Below are positions 49,467 through 58,606 of a stretch of 64,000 bases of DNA, piece by piece (the first letter of the stretch is position 1; every line of letters starts with the position of its first letter). The DNA comes from Candidatus Poribacteria bacterium (GTDB lineage Bacteria > Poribacteria > WGA-4E > PCPOR2b): assembly GCA_965116925.1 (NCBI GenBank), contig OZ220744.1, positions 2,944,001 to 3,008,000 of the forward strand, read 5' to 3'. The position numbers were made by a program, and so were the translations under genes. A model generated the notes under the pieces. It ran no database searches. It was not told where the DNA came from and worked only from the letters and a program-made list of their open reading frames with translations.

Positions 49467-50651
49467 ATGAAGATTAGCGGCATCAAAACCTACAAATTCA
49501 ATGTGCCTATGGGCGAGCCAGTTCGTGACCCACATACAGGTGAACTGTTGGGCAGCCTTTCCAAACCGTGGCTATTCCTGAAGATTGAAACAGATGCTGG
49601 GGTTGACGGTTGGGGCGAAGGCAGCGGTGAATGGTTGACGCCATCGGTCGAAGCGACCCTGCATGAGTGGTCAAGTCTGCTGATTGATCAGGACCCGCTG
49701 TTAGTCGTAGCGTTGACTGAGGACATTACGAACCGTCTGCCGTGGAAGGGTGGTCCCGTATTCGGCACAGCGATCGCGGCGATTAATGCTGCCCTGTACG
49801 ACATAGCGGGTAAAGCGTGGGGTGTACCGGTGCACACTATTCTCGGCGGCAGACGGCGGGACCGGATTCGTGTCTACTGCAGCGGGAATCTGTTCTCTAC
49901 GCCAGAGGAAGCGACGAACTCAGCACGAGAGGTCAAGGCACAAGGATACGCCGGGGTCAAGAGTAACCCGTTGGAAAGTCGCACTTGGCCCATGGACGAA
50001 GAAGCTGTTGCCCACTCAACAGCATGTGTCGCTGCGGCTCGTGAGGCGGTGGGAGCCGATTTTGACATCTTATTAGATGCACACGGTAGTCCAACACCGG
50101 AGCTGAGTATTGAGTTTGCTCGGCGGGTTGCTCCGTTCAAACCGCTGTTTTTGGAGGAACCGGTCAAGGTGGGTTCACTAGAAGCATTAATGGAGGTTAC
50201 ACGGAAAAGCCCGGTGCCGATTGCGACCGGCGAAAAACTGTTTACCGTTGGTGACTTTAAACCGTTAATAGATAACCGAGCGTGTGCTGTCCTGCAGCCG
50301 GATGTCACGCACTGCTTCGGAATTACCACACTGGTCGATATCGCCAAATTAGCAGCGGCAGAACAGATGCTCATGGCACCACACAACGCCGGTGGTCCTC
50401 TCTGTTATGCTGCGACACTCCACGCCAATGCGGTCATGAACAATTTTCTCATTCAGGAGAGCAGCAGCCGGCTCTCACTATTCGATTGCTGTGTTGAACA
50501 CGATTGGACGATAAAGGATGGACACGTCAACCTCTCAGACGCACCGGGGTTAGGGATTTCGGTGAAGGAATCAGATCTTGATGATTTGCCGTATGAACCG
50601 CTGCCCTATCGACAGTATCGACATGCCGATGGCAGTTGGAAGGGGTGGTGA
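49467..50651 (+). CDS. Galactonate dehydratase (DgoD)-like enolase-superfamily enzyme
   Basis: WLFLKIETD.G..GWGE, ALYDIAGK, LLDAHG, FLEEP, IATGEKL, QPD.THC.G and APHN..GP. Confidence 0.88.
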   Translation: MKISGIKTYKFNVPMGEPVRDPHTGELLGSLSKPWLFLKIETDAGVDGWGEGSGEWLTPSVEATLHEWSSLLIDQDPLLVVALTEDITNRLPWKGGPVFGTAIAAINAALYDIAGKAWGVPVHTILGGRRRDRIRVYCSGNLFSTPEEATNSAREVKAQGYAGVKSNPLESRTWPMDEEAVAHSTACVAAAREAVGADFDILLDAHGSPTPELSIEFARRVAPFKPLFLEEPVKVGSLEALMEVTRKSPVPIATGEKLFTVGDFKPLIDNRACAVLQPDVTHCFGITTLVDIAKLAAAEQMLMAPHNAGGPLCYAATLHANAVMNNFLIQESSSRLSLFDCCVEHDWTIKDGHVNLSDAPGLGISVKESDLDDLPYEPLPYRQYRHADGSWKGW

Positions 50652-50656
50652 ACGAA

Positions 50657-51475
50657 ATGATTAAACTCGGAATGATGGCGCGTGCTACGGATGAAGCGGT
50701 GTTTCAAAGCCATGTCCAATTCGCACATGAATTGGGATTGGATGTCATCGATTTCCATCTGTCAGGGTTACCTAGAGATCCCGATTTCCTACGCCGTATA
50801 AAGATCTTGTGCATGAAGCACGGCTTGCCTATCGGCTATCTGGGATCCGGTAGTTTTGTGGGACCGGAGGAGGAGATGCGGGATGCGGTTGCACGGGGCA
50901 AAGCAGATATTGACTTGGCAGCCTTTCTCTCGGCACAGATGATTCGCGTGTTTGCAAGGTATAAGTGGCCGGATACCGTTGAGGAGCAGGAAGCCTTGTG
51001 GGGTCCGATGATTGCTCGTTTCCAAGAACTCTCTGATTATGCAGCGGAGAAAGGTGTTTTCTTAGGGCTGCAGAACCATAACAACGGCAGTTTTGCGATG
51101 ACGGCGGATCAGGTTTTACGCATCCTTCGAGAGACTGACCGCGCAAACTTTACCTTTATTATGGATACGGGTCAGTGGCTGAATGCCATTGGGTCGCACC
51201 CTCGCGGTGAATTCGATCCGAATGTAGACCTCTACAAAGACTACCTGGAGACGACCGCTCCATACGCAACCTACGTCCGCGCCAAGATTTACAAAATCGA
51301 CAGCGGCAGAGAAGAGTGGCTCGATTATGGACGAATTCTAAAAATCCTGAAGGCAGTGGGTTTTAACGGCAATATGTCTATTGTATTTGAAGGCGGTGAT
51401 CGCAATAGATACGATACGGACGAATGTCTTAGACTTGCGACCAAACATCTGCGCGAATTGCTCGCTGAGTATTAG
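50657..51475 (+). CDS. Sugar phosphate isomerase/epimerase (xylose isomerase-like TIM barrel)
   Basis: IRVFA, GLQNH, MDTG, LDY.RI...L...GFNG.MSIVFE. Confidence 0.85.
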   Translation: MIKLGMMARATDEAVFQSHVQFAHELGLDVIDFHLSGLPRDPDFLRRIKILCMKHGLPIGYLGSGSFVGPEEEMRDAVARGKADIDLAAFLSAQMIRVFARYKWPDTVEEQEALWGPMIARFQELSDYAAEKGVFLGLQNHNNGSFAMTADQVLRILRETDRANFTFIMDTGQWLNAIGSHPRGEFDPNVDLYKDYLETTAPYATYVRAKIYKIDSGREEWLDYGRILKILKAVGFNGNMSIVFEGGDRNRYDTDECLRLATKHLRELLAEY

Positions 51476-51488
51476 TCGGTTTCAGCAG

Positions 51489-51719
51489 GTAGGTTGGGTT
51501 GAACGGATCAAACCGGATGGGTAACAATGCCGATAGCGATTCAGTTTTTTAACAACACCGTTTGAGAAATAGATATAGTGAAACCCAACACGCAATCAGC
51601 ATATCGATTATCAAGCGTTGGATTTCACTGTAGTTTGTGGGATTTCACGATGAATGGCGTATGGTAGTCAAAGCGGAGCGATGTCGTATATTTTGTGAAT
51701 ACCGTTCAACCCAACCTAC
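51489..51719. mobile_element. REPIN-like 231-bp palindromic element, family C
   Basis: Perfect terminal inverted GTAGGTTGGGTTGAACGG / CCGTTCAACCCAACCTAC; inner hairpin GTGAAACCCAAC...GTTGGATTTCAC; second copy at 62664-62887. Confidence 0.82.
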
Positions 51720-51782
51720 GGTCTGTTTGGTTACGGCATACGGAGTATGCCTACTACTATAGTTTATTTTACGGAGAAACGG

Positions 51783-52607
51783 ATGATTATTGACACACAT
51801 TTACACGTTTGGAGTGATGATTTCTCGCGTTATCCATTTGCCGACGGGACCCAGGCAGCTGAAGGTGCGCCCGTCGAGCTGCTAAACGAAACGATGGCTG
51901 AGGCAGGGGTAGATAAAGCCGTTATTGTCCAGCCGATCTATTATCGCTATGACAACCGATATACAGCGGAATGCCTTCGACGCTTTCCGGGGAAATATGC
52001 GGCAATCGGGTTGGTAGATCGTCAAGCACCTGATGCGCCCGACCAGCTTGAACGTTTGGTCCGAGAGGATGGATTCGGGGGGCTGCGGATACATCTAGGG
52101 CGGGTTGACGACCCCGCAGAATGGGCAGCACCCGACCAAGACCCGATATGGCAACGCGCTGAAGATTTGGGCGTCTGCTTCATTGTGTACGGTCCGGCGA
52201 CCCATTTGCCCCCTGTCGAGCCTATTATCGCCCGTTTTCCCAATGTTCCCGTTGTGCTGGATCATATCGGTGGTGCACCGACGGACGAGGACCCACCGTA
52301 TCCGATTCTCAGCAATGTGCTGAACCTATCACGGTATCCAAAGGTCTATGTGAAATTCACGCCCCAATCCCATAAGTCGAAGCTGCCATATCCGCATGAG
52401 GATACATTCCCGACGTTTCGCCGCCTATACGATGCCTTCGGACCGGAACGATTGATGTGGGGTACAAATTTTCCGGGTGTACTCAAAGGAGTTGGGTATC
52501 TGCCGGCACTGGAGATGTTCAGAACGCATCTGGACTTTCTTACGGATTCGGATAAGGAGTGGTTGTTCAGCAAAGCGGCACTGCAGGTGTGGAAGTTTGG
52601 AGATTGA
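51783..52607 (+). CDS. Amidohydrolase_2 family protein (possible sugar-lactone lactonase)
   Basis: IDTHLHVW, AVIVQP..Y..DN.Y, VLDHIG and FGPERLMWGTNFP. Confidence 0.88.
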   Translation: MIIDTHLHVWSDDFSRYPFADGTQAAEGAPVELLNETMAEAGVDKAVIVQPIYYRYDNRYTAECLRRFPGKYAAIGLVDRQAPDAPDQLERLVREDGFGGLRIHLGRVDDPAEWAAPDQDPIWQRAEDLGVCFIVYGPATHLPPVEPIIARFPNVPVVLDHIGGAPTDEDPPYPILSNVLNLSRYPKVYVKFTPQSHKSKLPYPHEDTFPTFRRLYDAFGPERLMWGTNFPGVLKGVGYLPALEMFRTHLDFLTDSDKEWLFSKAALQVWKFGD

Positions 52608-52727
52608 TGAAGAATCCGTAGATGCTCATGTTAAGAAATCGTGCAACATAAACTGATTGAGTTCATTGGTTCATTAGTTCACTCGTTCATTAATGTACCA
52701 ATTCACACAATCTTGCGAGGTATTGAG

Positions 52728-53789
52728 ATGAATTTTGAACCGACCGATCAAGATATTGTCGTTAATGCCGATGAGCTAAGAGCGTTTGCCAGTCAATTGT
52801 ATCAAAAAGCGGACGTACCGAAAGCGGATGCCGATGATGTTGCACATTTGCAGGTTGAAACGGATCTGCACGGCATTCATTCCCATGGCACTCGTGCGCT
52901 AGCGGGCTATGTCCGGGGCATTTTGGGGGGAAGAATCAATCCGACCCCGAATCTCACAATTACCCGTGAAGGACCGGCATTTGCACGCGTCAACGGTGAT
53001 CGTTGCTTGGGACACGTGGCTGGTAAGTTCTCAATGGAATTGGCAATCGAAAAGGCGAAGACCGCCGGTATCGGTGCTGTGGGTGCATACGCTACCAATC
53101 ACTTCGGTGCTGCGAGTGCCACTGCGATGCTCGCCCTTAAACACGGCATGATTGGATTTAGCACATCGACCAGTGGTCCAGGGGTTGCACCGTTTGGCGG
53201 CAGGACGCGAGTTATCGGCAACAATCCATTTTCCTATGCTATTCCCGCGAAAACAGAGCCTCCCATTCTCCTAGATATGGCGTGTGGTGTTTCGGCATGG
53301 GGCAGAGTTGGTACGAGGCGGTTATACGGAGAAAGATTGACCTCCGGCTGGGTGCTAGATGAGGAGGGCAAGGAGACCGATGACCCCAACAAAGCGCATG
53401 TCCTGTTACCGATGGGCGGCGCGAAAGGGTACGCCCTTGCATTGGCGGTGGACGCACTGGCTGGTCCTTTGGCAGGCATGATTTCGACCGTCAATCAGAC
53501 AGGCGATGTTCCGCTTGACAAACAGGGATCAGGGCTGTTCTACTACGCTATCAACATCGATAGCTTTGTGCCGATCGATGAGTTCACCGAGGAGATTGAT
53601 CGGGAGATTCGTGTCCTTCGGTCAAGTCCACCTGCTGAGGGCTTTGATCAGGTCTATTTCCCCGGTGAGTTGGAGGCGATGAAGTACGCACAGTGGAGCC
53701 AGAACGGGCTCCCGTTACATAGGGATCATTTGCAAGGATTGGCGGATTTGGCGGATGAACTTGGGGTCCCTGTGTTCTGGAAAGTGTAG
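52728..53789 (+). CDS. Ldh_2 (malate/L-lactate/ureidoglycolate/2,3-diketogulonate) family oxidoreductase
   Basis: DL.GIHSHG, TNHFGA, PFGG....GNNP, LDMA, P.GG.KGY.L and YFPGE.E. Confidence 0.92.
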   Translation: MNFEPTDQDIVVNADELRAFASQLYQKADVPKADADDVAHLQVETDLHGIHSHGTRALAGYVRGILGGRINPTPNLTITREGPAFARVNGDRCLGHVAGKFSMELAIEKAKTAGIGAVGAYATNHFGAASATAMLALKHGMIGFSTSTSGPGVAPFGGRTRVIGNNPFSYAIPAKTEPPILLDMACGVSAWGRVGTRRLYGERLTSGWVLDEEGKETDDPNKAHVLLPMGGAKGYALALAVDALAGPLAGMISTVNQTGDVPLDKQGSGLFYYAINIDSFVPIDEFTEEIDREIRVLRSSPPAEGFDQVYFPGELEAMKYAQWSQNGLPLHRDHLQGLADLADELGVPVFWKV

Positions 53790-53796
53790 GGTCATT

Positions 53797-53904
53797 TATA
53801 GTGAATTCAAAAAATAAATAAACACTTCCACCCCCCATGTTTGGTAGGCGCTGTTTCCAACTGCGCCGATTTGGAGTGTCCCATTAATTCTAAAATCTAC
53901 TATA
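53797..53904. mobile_element. MITE-like element, family B, copy 3
   Basis: TATAGTGAATTCAAAAAATAAA...GTAGGCGCTGTT-TCC-AACTGCGCC...TTAATTCTAAAATCTACTATA; a free REP GTAGGCGGGGCA-TCT-TGCCCCGCC follows at 53944-53967. Confidence 0.82.
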
Positions 53905-54091
53905 GTTTTTGGTTTTTAACTGATTTTAGAATGACTCGAACCCGTAGGCGGGGCATCTTGCCCCGCCGTAACCTTGACCGGGAGATCGAACTATGGGAGA
54001 ATTAAATGATCCTACTGGAAAGTGCAAGACATATAATATCTGCCTTGCGTAGAAGTTTAGAATAAATGTATTTAGGAGGAAATCGAAGAAA

Positions 54092-55111
54092 ATGAAATCA
54101 AGGTTATTATTTTTGACCGGTTGTTTGCTCTTTTTCACGTTGATGGTAATACCATTTGAATCTAGCGGCCACAGCGTGGAAATATATCGCATACAGATGA
54201 ACGACAAAAACCCTATTGTCCGACGAGATGCTGCCGAAAATTTGGTTCGGGTGAGCAAAACCCATGCAGAAGATGCACTGCCGCTTTTAATAAAAGGGTT
54301 AAAGGACGAAGACAAATATGTGCGTCGTTATACGGCGATGGCGTTAGACACGATGGGTAAACCTGCTGTAGATGCCATTCCTGCGTTAATAGAAGCACTG
54401 AAGGATGAAGAAGATGTAACGGTTCGTGCTAAGATCGCCCAATTATTGGGGAAGCTCGGCAAGAATCATGCGCGAGATGTCGTTCCAGCCCTAGTGGCTG
54501 CCTTCAAAGATAAGGATCCATGGGTCCGTTCCAAGGTCGCAGAGGCGTTGGGTAAGCTTGGCGAATCGGCTCATGAGGCGGTTCCTGCATTGATAGCCGC
54601 ATTGCAGGACGAGGATAAAGGGGTGCGCCGTCGGACCACCGAAGCGCTCGGAGGAATTGGTAAACCAGCCCAAGCAGCGGTTCCTGCATTGATAACGGCA
54701 TTGCAAGACGAGGATAAAGGGGTGCGCCGTCGGGCCGTCGAAGCATTGGGGCAGATTGGTAAGCCAGCCCACGAAGCTGTGCCGGCATTGACGCAGGCAC
54801 TGAAGGCTAAGGATGAGGGCATTGCGCTCTCCGCTGCTATTGCATTGGGTCGAATCGGTGAACCTGTCGAAGAGGCAATCGCGATGTTGATAGATGCATT
54901 GCAAACGAAAGAATGGCATATTCGTGAACAAGCGGTTACGGTTCTGGGGACCGTGGCGGATTCCGCTCCAGATGTTGTGTCTGTATTGGTGAAGGCATTG
55001 GAAGATGAGCATAAAGGGGTTCGCTACCACGCGCTCGAAGCGTTATTGGAAATAGACACACCAGAAGCGATAAAAGCGGTCGAAGAATTTAGAAAAAACA
55101 GTGAGAAATAG
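54092..55111 (+). CDS. Exported HEAT-repeat protein
   Basis: Signal-like N-terminus; about 8 repeats of AVPALIxALxDED..VR..A.EALG.IG with about 33-aa period. Confidence 0.9.
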   Translation: MKSRLLFLTGCLLFFTLMVIPFESSGHSVEIYRIQMNDKNPIVRRDAAENLVRVSKTHAEDALPLLIKGLKDEDKYVRRYTAMALDTMGKPAVDAIPALIEALKDEEDVTVRAKIAQLLGKLGKNHARDVVPALVAAFKDKDPWVRSKVAEALGKLGESAHEAVPALIAALQDEDKGVRRRTTEALGGIGKPAQAAVPALITALQDEDKGVRRRAVEALGQIGKPAHEAVPALTQALKAKDEGIALSAAIALGRIGEPVEEAIAMLIDALQTKEWHIREQAVTVLGTVADSAPDVVSVLVKALEDEHKGVRYHALEALLEIDTPEAIKAVEEFRKNSEK

Positions 55112-55163
55112 TTCATAGACGATCTGATTTCCTCTTTTAGTTTAGGAGGATGAGATTTTTTTG

Positions 55164-55192
55164 TTGACAGGAGACTAGATGTGTAATAAAAT
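55164..55192 (+). promoter_or_regulatory. Sigma-70-type promoter for the first gene of the secreted-protein cluster
   Basis: TTGACA-N17-TAAAAT. Confidence 0.62.
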
Positions 55193-55258
55193 ATCAAAAT
55201 CCTTGTATTGTAATCGACATTTTTTCTTAAGAATCGAAACTGGAAAGGAAGGTTAGCC

Positions 55259-56068
55259 GTGTATAAAACTAACAGGTTGCCCAAACTATCTCTGCTTGTG
55301 GCAATTGCAGTTTTGGCGAGTTTCTCGCTTGTTGCACCGAGTTTCGTTCAAGCCATAGAGATTCTGTTTGAGGATAATTTCAAGGGCGGTAAATTAGACG
55401 GTTCAGGAAAATGGCATGTCGCCCTCGGTAAATGGAGCATTCAAGGCGGAGAATTAAGAAATACCTCCGCTGATAAAAGTCTGATAATTGTGACCGATAA
55501 ACACTGGGATCCAGAATGGGTTGATTATTGGTTCTACGCAAAAGTCTCCACTTCTGCCGGTTCTGAGCCAGCCATCCTCTGGCGGTTTCATAGCGACGGT
55601 TCACAGGGTGGTAACTTTTCTCCCGCCGGAAGCCTGCCCAAACGGATGCAAGAAAGTGGGCGCCGTCATGTGATCTATTGGCATTTCAACCAGGGTGGTG
55701 CAGTCGTCCAACGTGATGTCCGGACTATTATCAAGCCATTTGAAATCACCGAAACCAAAACAAAGTTCAACGCTGGGACAGACTATTATGTCAAAATCGA
55801 AAATAGTGCAAAGTATTATAAACTGTACCTAAGCGATCAACCCGGAGCAGTAGCAGCGGGAAATTTTGGCGAACCTATCGTTGACCTCGAAGCCTTAGGG
55901 AAAAAGGATCTCAACATCAACGGTGAAGGGCGTATCGGTTTTGGAACCGTTAATGGCAAGATAACGGCAGATGATGTGTTTGTTACAACTCCTGAAGGTA
56001 ATCCCTTTTCCGTTGAGGCAAGAGGCAAATTGGCAACGGTTTGGGGCGACCTGAAAGCTGGGCAGTAG
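55259..56068 (+). CDS. Secreted concanavalin A-like/DUF1080-like beta-sandwich protein with C-terminal KLxxxWG motif
   Basis: Signal peptide (VQA); ILFEDNF...W...GKWSIQGGEL...GRIGFGT...DDVFVT; tail SVEARGKLATVWGDLK. Confidence 0.72.
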   Translation: MYKTNRLPKLSLLVAIAVLASFSLVAPSFVQAIEILFEDNFKGGKLDGSGKWHVALGKWSIQGGELRNTSADKSLIIVTDKHWDPEWVDYWFYAKVSTSAGSEPAILWRFHSDGSQGGNFSPAGSLPKRMQESGRRHVIYWHFNQGGAVVQRDVRTIIKPFEITETKTKFNAGTDYYVKIENSAKYYKLYLSDQPGAVAAGNFGEPIVDLEALGKKDLNINGEGRIGFGTVNGKITADDVFVTTPEGNPFSVEARGKLATVWGDLKAGQ

Positions 56069-56316
56069 ACCACAGTATCCCGTAGAGGGTGCCTTTAACT
56101 CGGCTGCCACAGATCTAAAAAATGTGAACGCGCTATGAATATCTCTTCAGCGGCGCGTCGACAGACGAGATACAGTAGTAGTTCGGTTGTATCACGTCTG
56201 AAAAATTAGAAATAAGTTGTTTATGTTTAACCGCGCGATAAATCGCGCAATTTCAGATGGGGCTTAACCATCATTTTATCAATTTACTTTAATTAAAAAT
56301 TGGAGGAGATAACACC

Positions 56317-57276
56317 ATGTTTAGGTACGCTATTCTATGCACGATGGCGTTAATAATGCTATTTTCTGTATCACTTGTTTTTGCACATTCGGGTGGTCAG
56401 GCGAAAGCCTTCTTCGCACAAAAACCACCGGAACTCGATGGCAAGGTTGATGACGCGTTTCAGGAACATTGGGCTGAGTATCAAGCCGCCGACATGCACA
56501 TGGATGTCGAACGCGTTCCGGATTGGTTCCTCTTTGAGGAAACCTCACCCAACCGAGTGAGTCGAGGCACCATTGATGATGCCGACGATTTGAGTAACGA
56601 GTTCGGGTTTCTCTTTGACGAAGAACGCCTCTACTACATCGGTGTGATTAAGGATGCGAATTTGCCCACCGATATCAATAGCGGCGAGGCAAAGGGCAAG
56701 GGCGGACCCACCGCACCGAATACGTCTGAGTTGTGGCTTGAGTTTGATTTTGAGCATAATGCTTGCAGGCAGCCCAAAGGGAATGACGACCGGGATCTCG
56801 CGCAAGTTGACTGCTGCAAACCGCAGCCCGGCGACCATTGGTGGCGGATTAAACCGTGGACCGGCGCCGGTACCTCCGAACCTGCATGCTGGTGGAACCA
56901 TGGACAGAATTCGGTGCTCGGTGATGTGCACGTCTTCGACGAAGATTGTACGGCAAATACAGCGGCGACCCAAACCGGCGATGGCATGATCATGGAAGTT
57001 CACCTTAACTATAAAGAGGGAATGACTATATCAACCATCAAGCCTCAGGAATTCACCGATGGTGTCGTCGTGGGATTTGACTCGACGATGAATGACCACG
57101 AAGCTGCAGGTGAGAGTCGAGAAGGTTCTATCTCTTGGGCATCTTCCTTTGAGAATGACAACTGTGTCTGTATCTACGGCGACCTCCAGATGGTCGGTGT
57201 GCGCTCTGTCAGTCCGAAGGACAAACTCCCACAGACGTGGGGCAATATTAAGCTGAATGTAGAACGAGGACTATAA
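56317..57276 (+). CDS. Secreted CBM9/DOMON-like sugar-binding protein, Cys-rich, with C-terminal KLxxxWG motif
   Basis: Signal peptide (VFA); PPELDGKVDD...W, DEERLYY.G..KD and VGFD..MND; tail SVSPKDKLPQTWGNIK. Confidence 0.72.
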   Translation: MFRYAILCTMALIMLFSVSLVFAHSGGQAKAFFAQKPPELDGKVDDAFQEHWAEYQAADMHMDVERVPDWFLFEETSPNRVSRGTIDDADDLSNEFGFLFDEERLYYIGVIKDANLPTDINSGEAKGKGGPTAPNTSELWLEFDFEHNACRQPKGNDDRDLAQVDCCKPQPGDHWWRIKPWTGAGTSEPACWWNHGQNSVLGDVHVFDEDCTANTAATQTGDGMIMEVHLNYKEGMTISTIKPQEFTDGVVVGFDSTMNDHEAAGESREGSISWASSFENDNCVCIYGDLQMVGVRSVSPKDKLPQTWGNIKLNVERGL

Positions 57277-57294
57277 TTAAGTAGTCCAAATATG

Positions 57295-57337
57295 AAGCGT
57301 GATGCGCTGTTAAATCAGTGTATCACGCTTTATTTTT
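57295..57337 (+). terminator. Probable intrinsic terminator
   Basis: AAGCGTGATGCGCTG-loop-CAGTGTATCACGCTT followed by TATTTTT. Confidence 0.6.
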
Positions 57338-57487
57338 ATCTTTTGTTGAATATACAGGTCGGCTGTGATTCAGCAGGCGATTACATGACAGGCTTTGACT
57401 GCACTTTTCACGCCGGAATGTAACAAAGTCCCAATAACAACGGTTTAACCATCAAGGGAAATTGAAAGACGATAACTCAACGCTACT

Positions 57488-57707
57488 TATCGTGAATTCA
57501 AAAAATAAAGAAACACTTGCGCTCCCCGGTAGGTGCGGTTTGATGAAGTTTAAGTATTTAAATCGGTAATCCCTATTTTCCTCGAAACATACGGTAGGCG
57601 CGGTGGTAAACCGCGCCGGTGTCGCTAGCAAATTACCGAACTGTTTTTTTTATCTTCATGTAACCACACCGGCTTGGCGTGTCCCGTTAATTCTAAAATC
57701 TACTATA
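57488..57707. mobile_element. Family B element (copy 4) interrupted by a family A element (57543-57659)
   Basis: The flanks align with copy 42528-42629; the 117-bp insert aligns with 13354-13470 and splits the REP hairpin GTAGGTGCGGTTTG | GTAACCACACC. Confidence 0.85.
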
Positions 57708-57751
57708 AAATAGTTCAAATTGTGTTTTAAAGAGATAAGGAGGGAGTTGAA

Positions 57752-58561
57752 ATGAAAAAAGTTTTATTATCACTATTCACCCTCGTATTCGCCAGCGTTA
57801 TGGTGTGTCTCTTAGTGTCCCCGACCGCTACGGCGAAAATCCTTTTTGAAGACAACTTCAAAAACGCAGAAAAGTCCAAAAAAAATTGGGTGTTTGCCGC
57901 AGGAGATTGGAAAGTTCAGGGCGGTAAACTGACGCAAGGAGCGGTGGTAGACCGCACAATGGCATACATGTCAGATGCCGCTTGGCCAGAAGAATATGAT
58001 GCCAAGGAGACTGCGCTGACGCAGTATATTTTCGAGGTGACTGTAAAGAAACTCAGAGGCGAGAATGGTGCCTTGATCTTCTGGCGTATCCGAGATGATA
58101 TGAAAGTGCAGGTCGGCAGGGAGTGTGGCGGCGGTTTTAACAGTTCATTCTGTTTAGGCGACGCCGGCGCAGAGGGACGCCTCGAAGATATAGGCAAAGG
58201 TCGCATTAAGCTCTGGTGGGATCTTGGTCGTGAGGGCAAAACGTCGGTTCTAGTGAGAGACATTAATGGACTTGCCAAAGACAGAAATGGCACAGATTCA
58301 AAACACAAACTCACGAAAAACAAAGAGCATCGCATCAGAATTGAAAATGATGCTATACTTCTTAAGATGTTTTTTGACGAGGAACTAGTCTGGGAAGGCA
58401 AGGAAATCAATGGTGCTAATAAGGGGGGCAGGATTGCTCTCGGCACCCATGCGACATCTGTTGAATTTTCTGACTTTGTTATCACTGATCTTAAGGGACA
58501 AGGTGTTGAACCCGGCGGCAAAATAACAACCACTTGGGGTTCGCTAAAAACTGGCAGATAA
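57752..58561 (+). CDS. Secreted concanavalin A-like/DUF1080-like protein with C-terminal KIxxxWG motif
   Basis: Signal peptide (ATA); ILFEDNF...GDWKVQGGKL...GGRIALGT...FSDFVIT; tail GVEPGGKITTTWGSLK. Confidence 0.75.
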   Translation: MKKVLLSLFTLVFASVMVCLLVSPTATAKILFEDNFKNAEKSKKNWVFAAGDWKVQGGKLTQGAVVDRTMAYMSDAAWPEEYDAKETALTQYIFEVTVKKLRGENGALIFWRIRDDMKVQVGRECGGGFNSSFCLGDAGAEGRLEDIGKGRIKLWWDLGREGKTSVLVRDINGLAKDRNGTDSKHKLTKNKEHRIRIENDAILLKMFFDEELVWEGKEINGANKGGRIALGTHATSVEFSDFVITDLKGQGVEPGGKITTTWGSLKTGR

Positions 58562-58606
58562 ATCTATTTCATTGCATTTGGTCGTTTATCTCTAGAAGGG
58601 AGGGAT

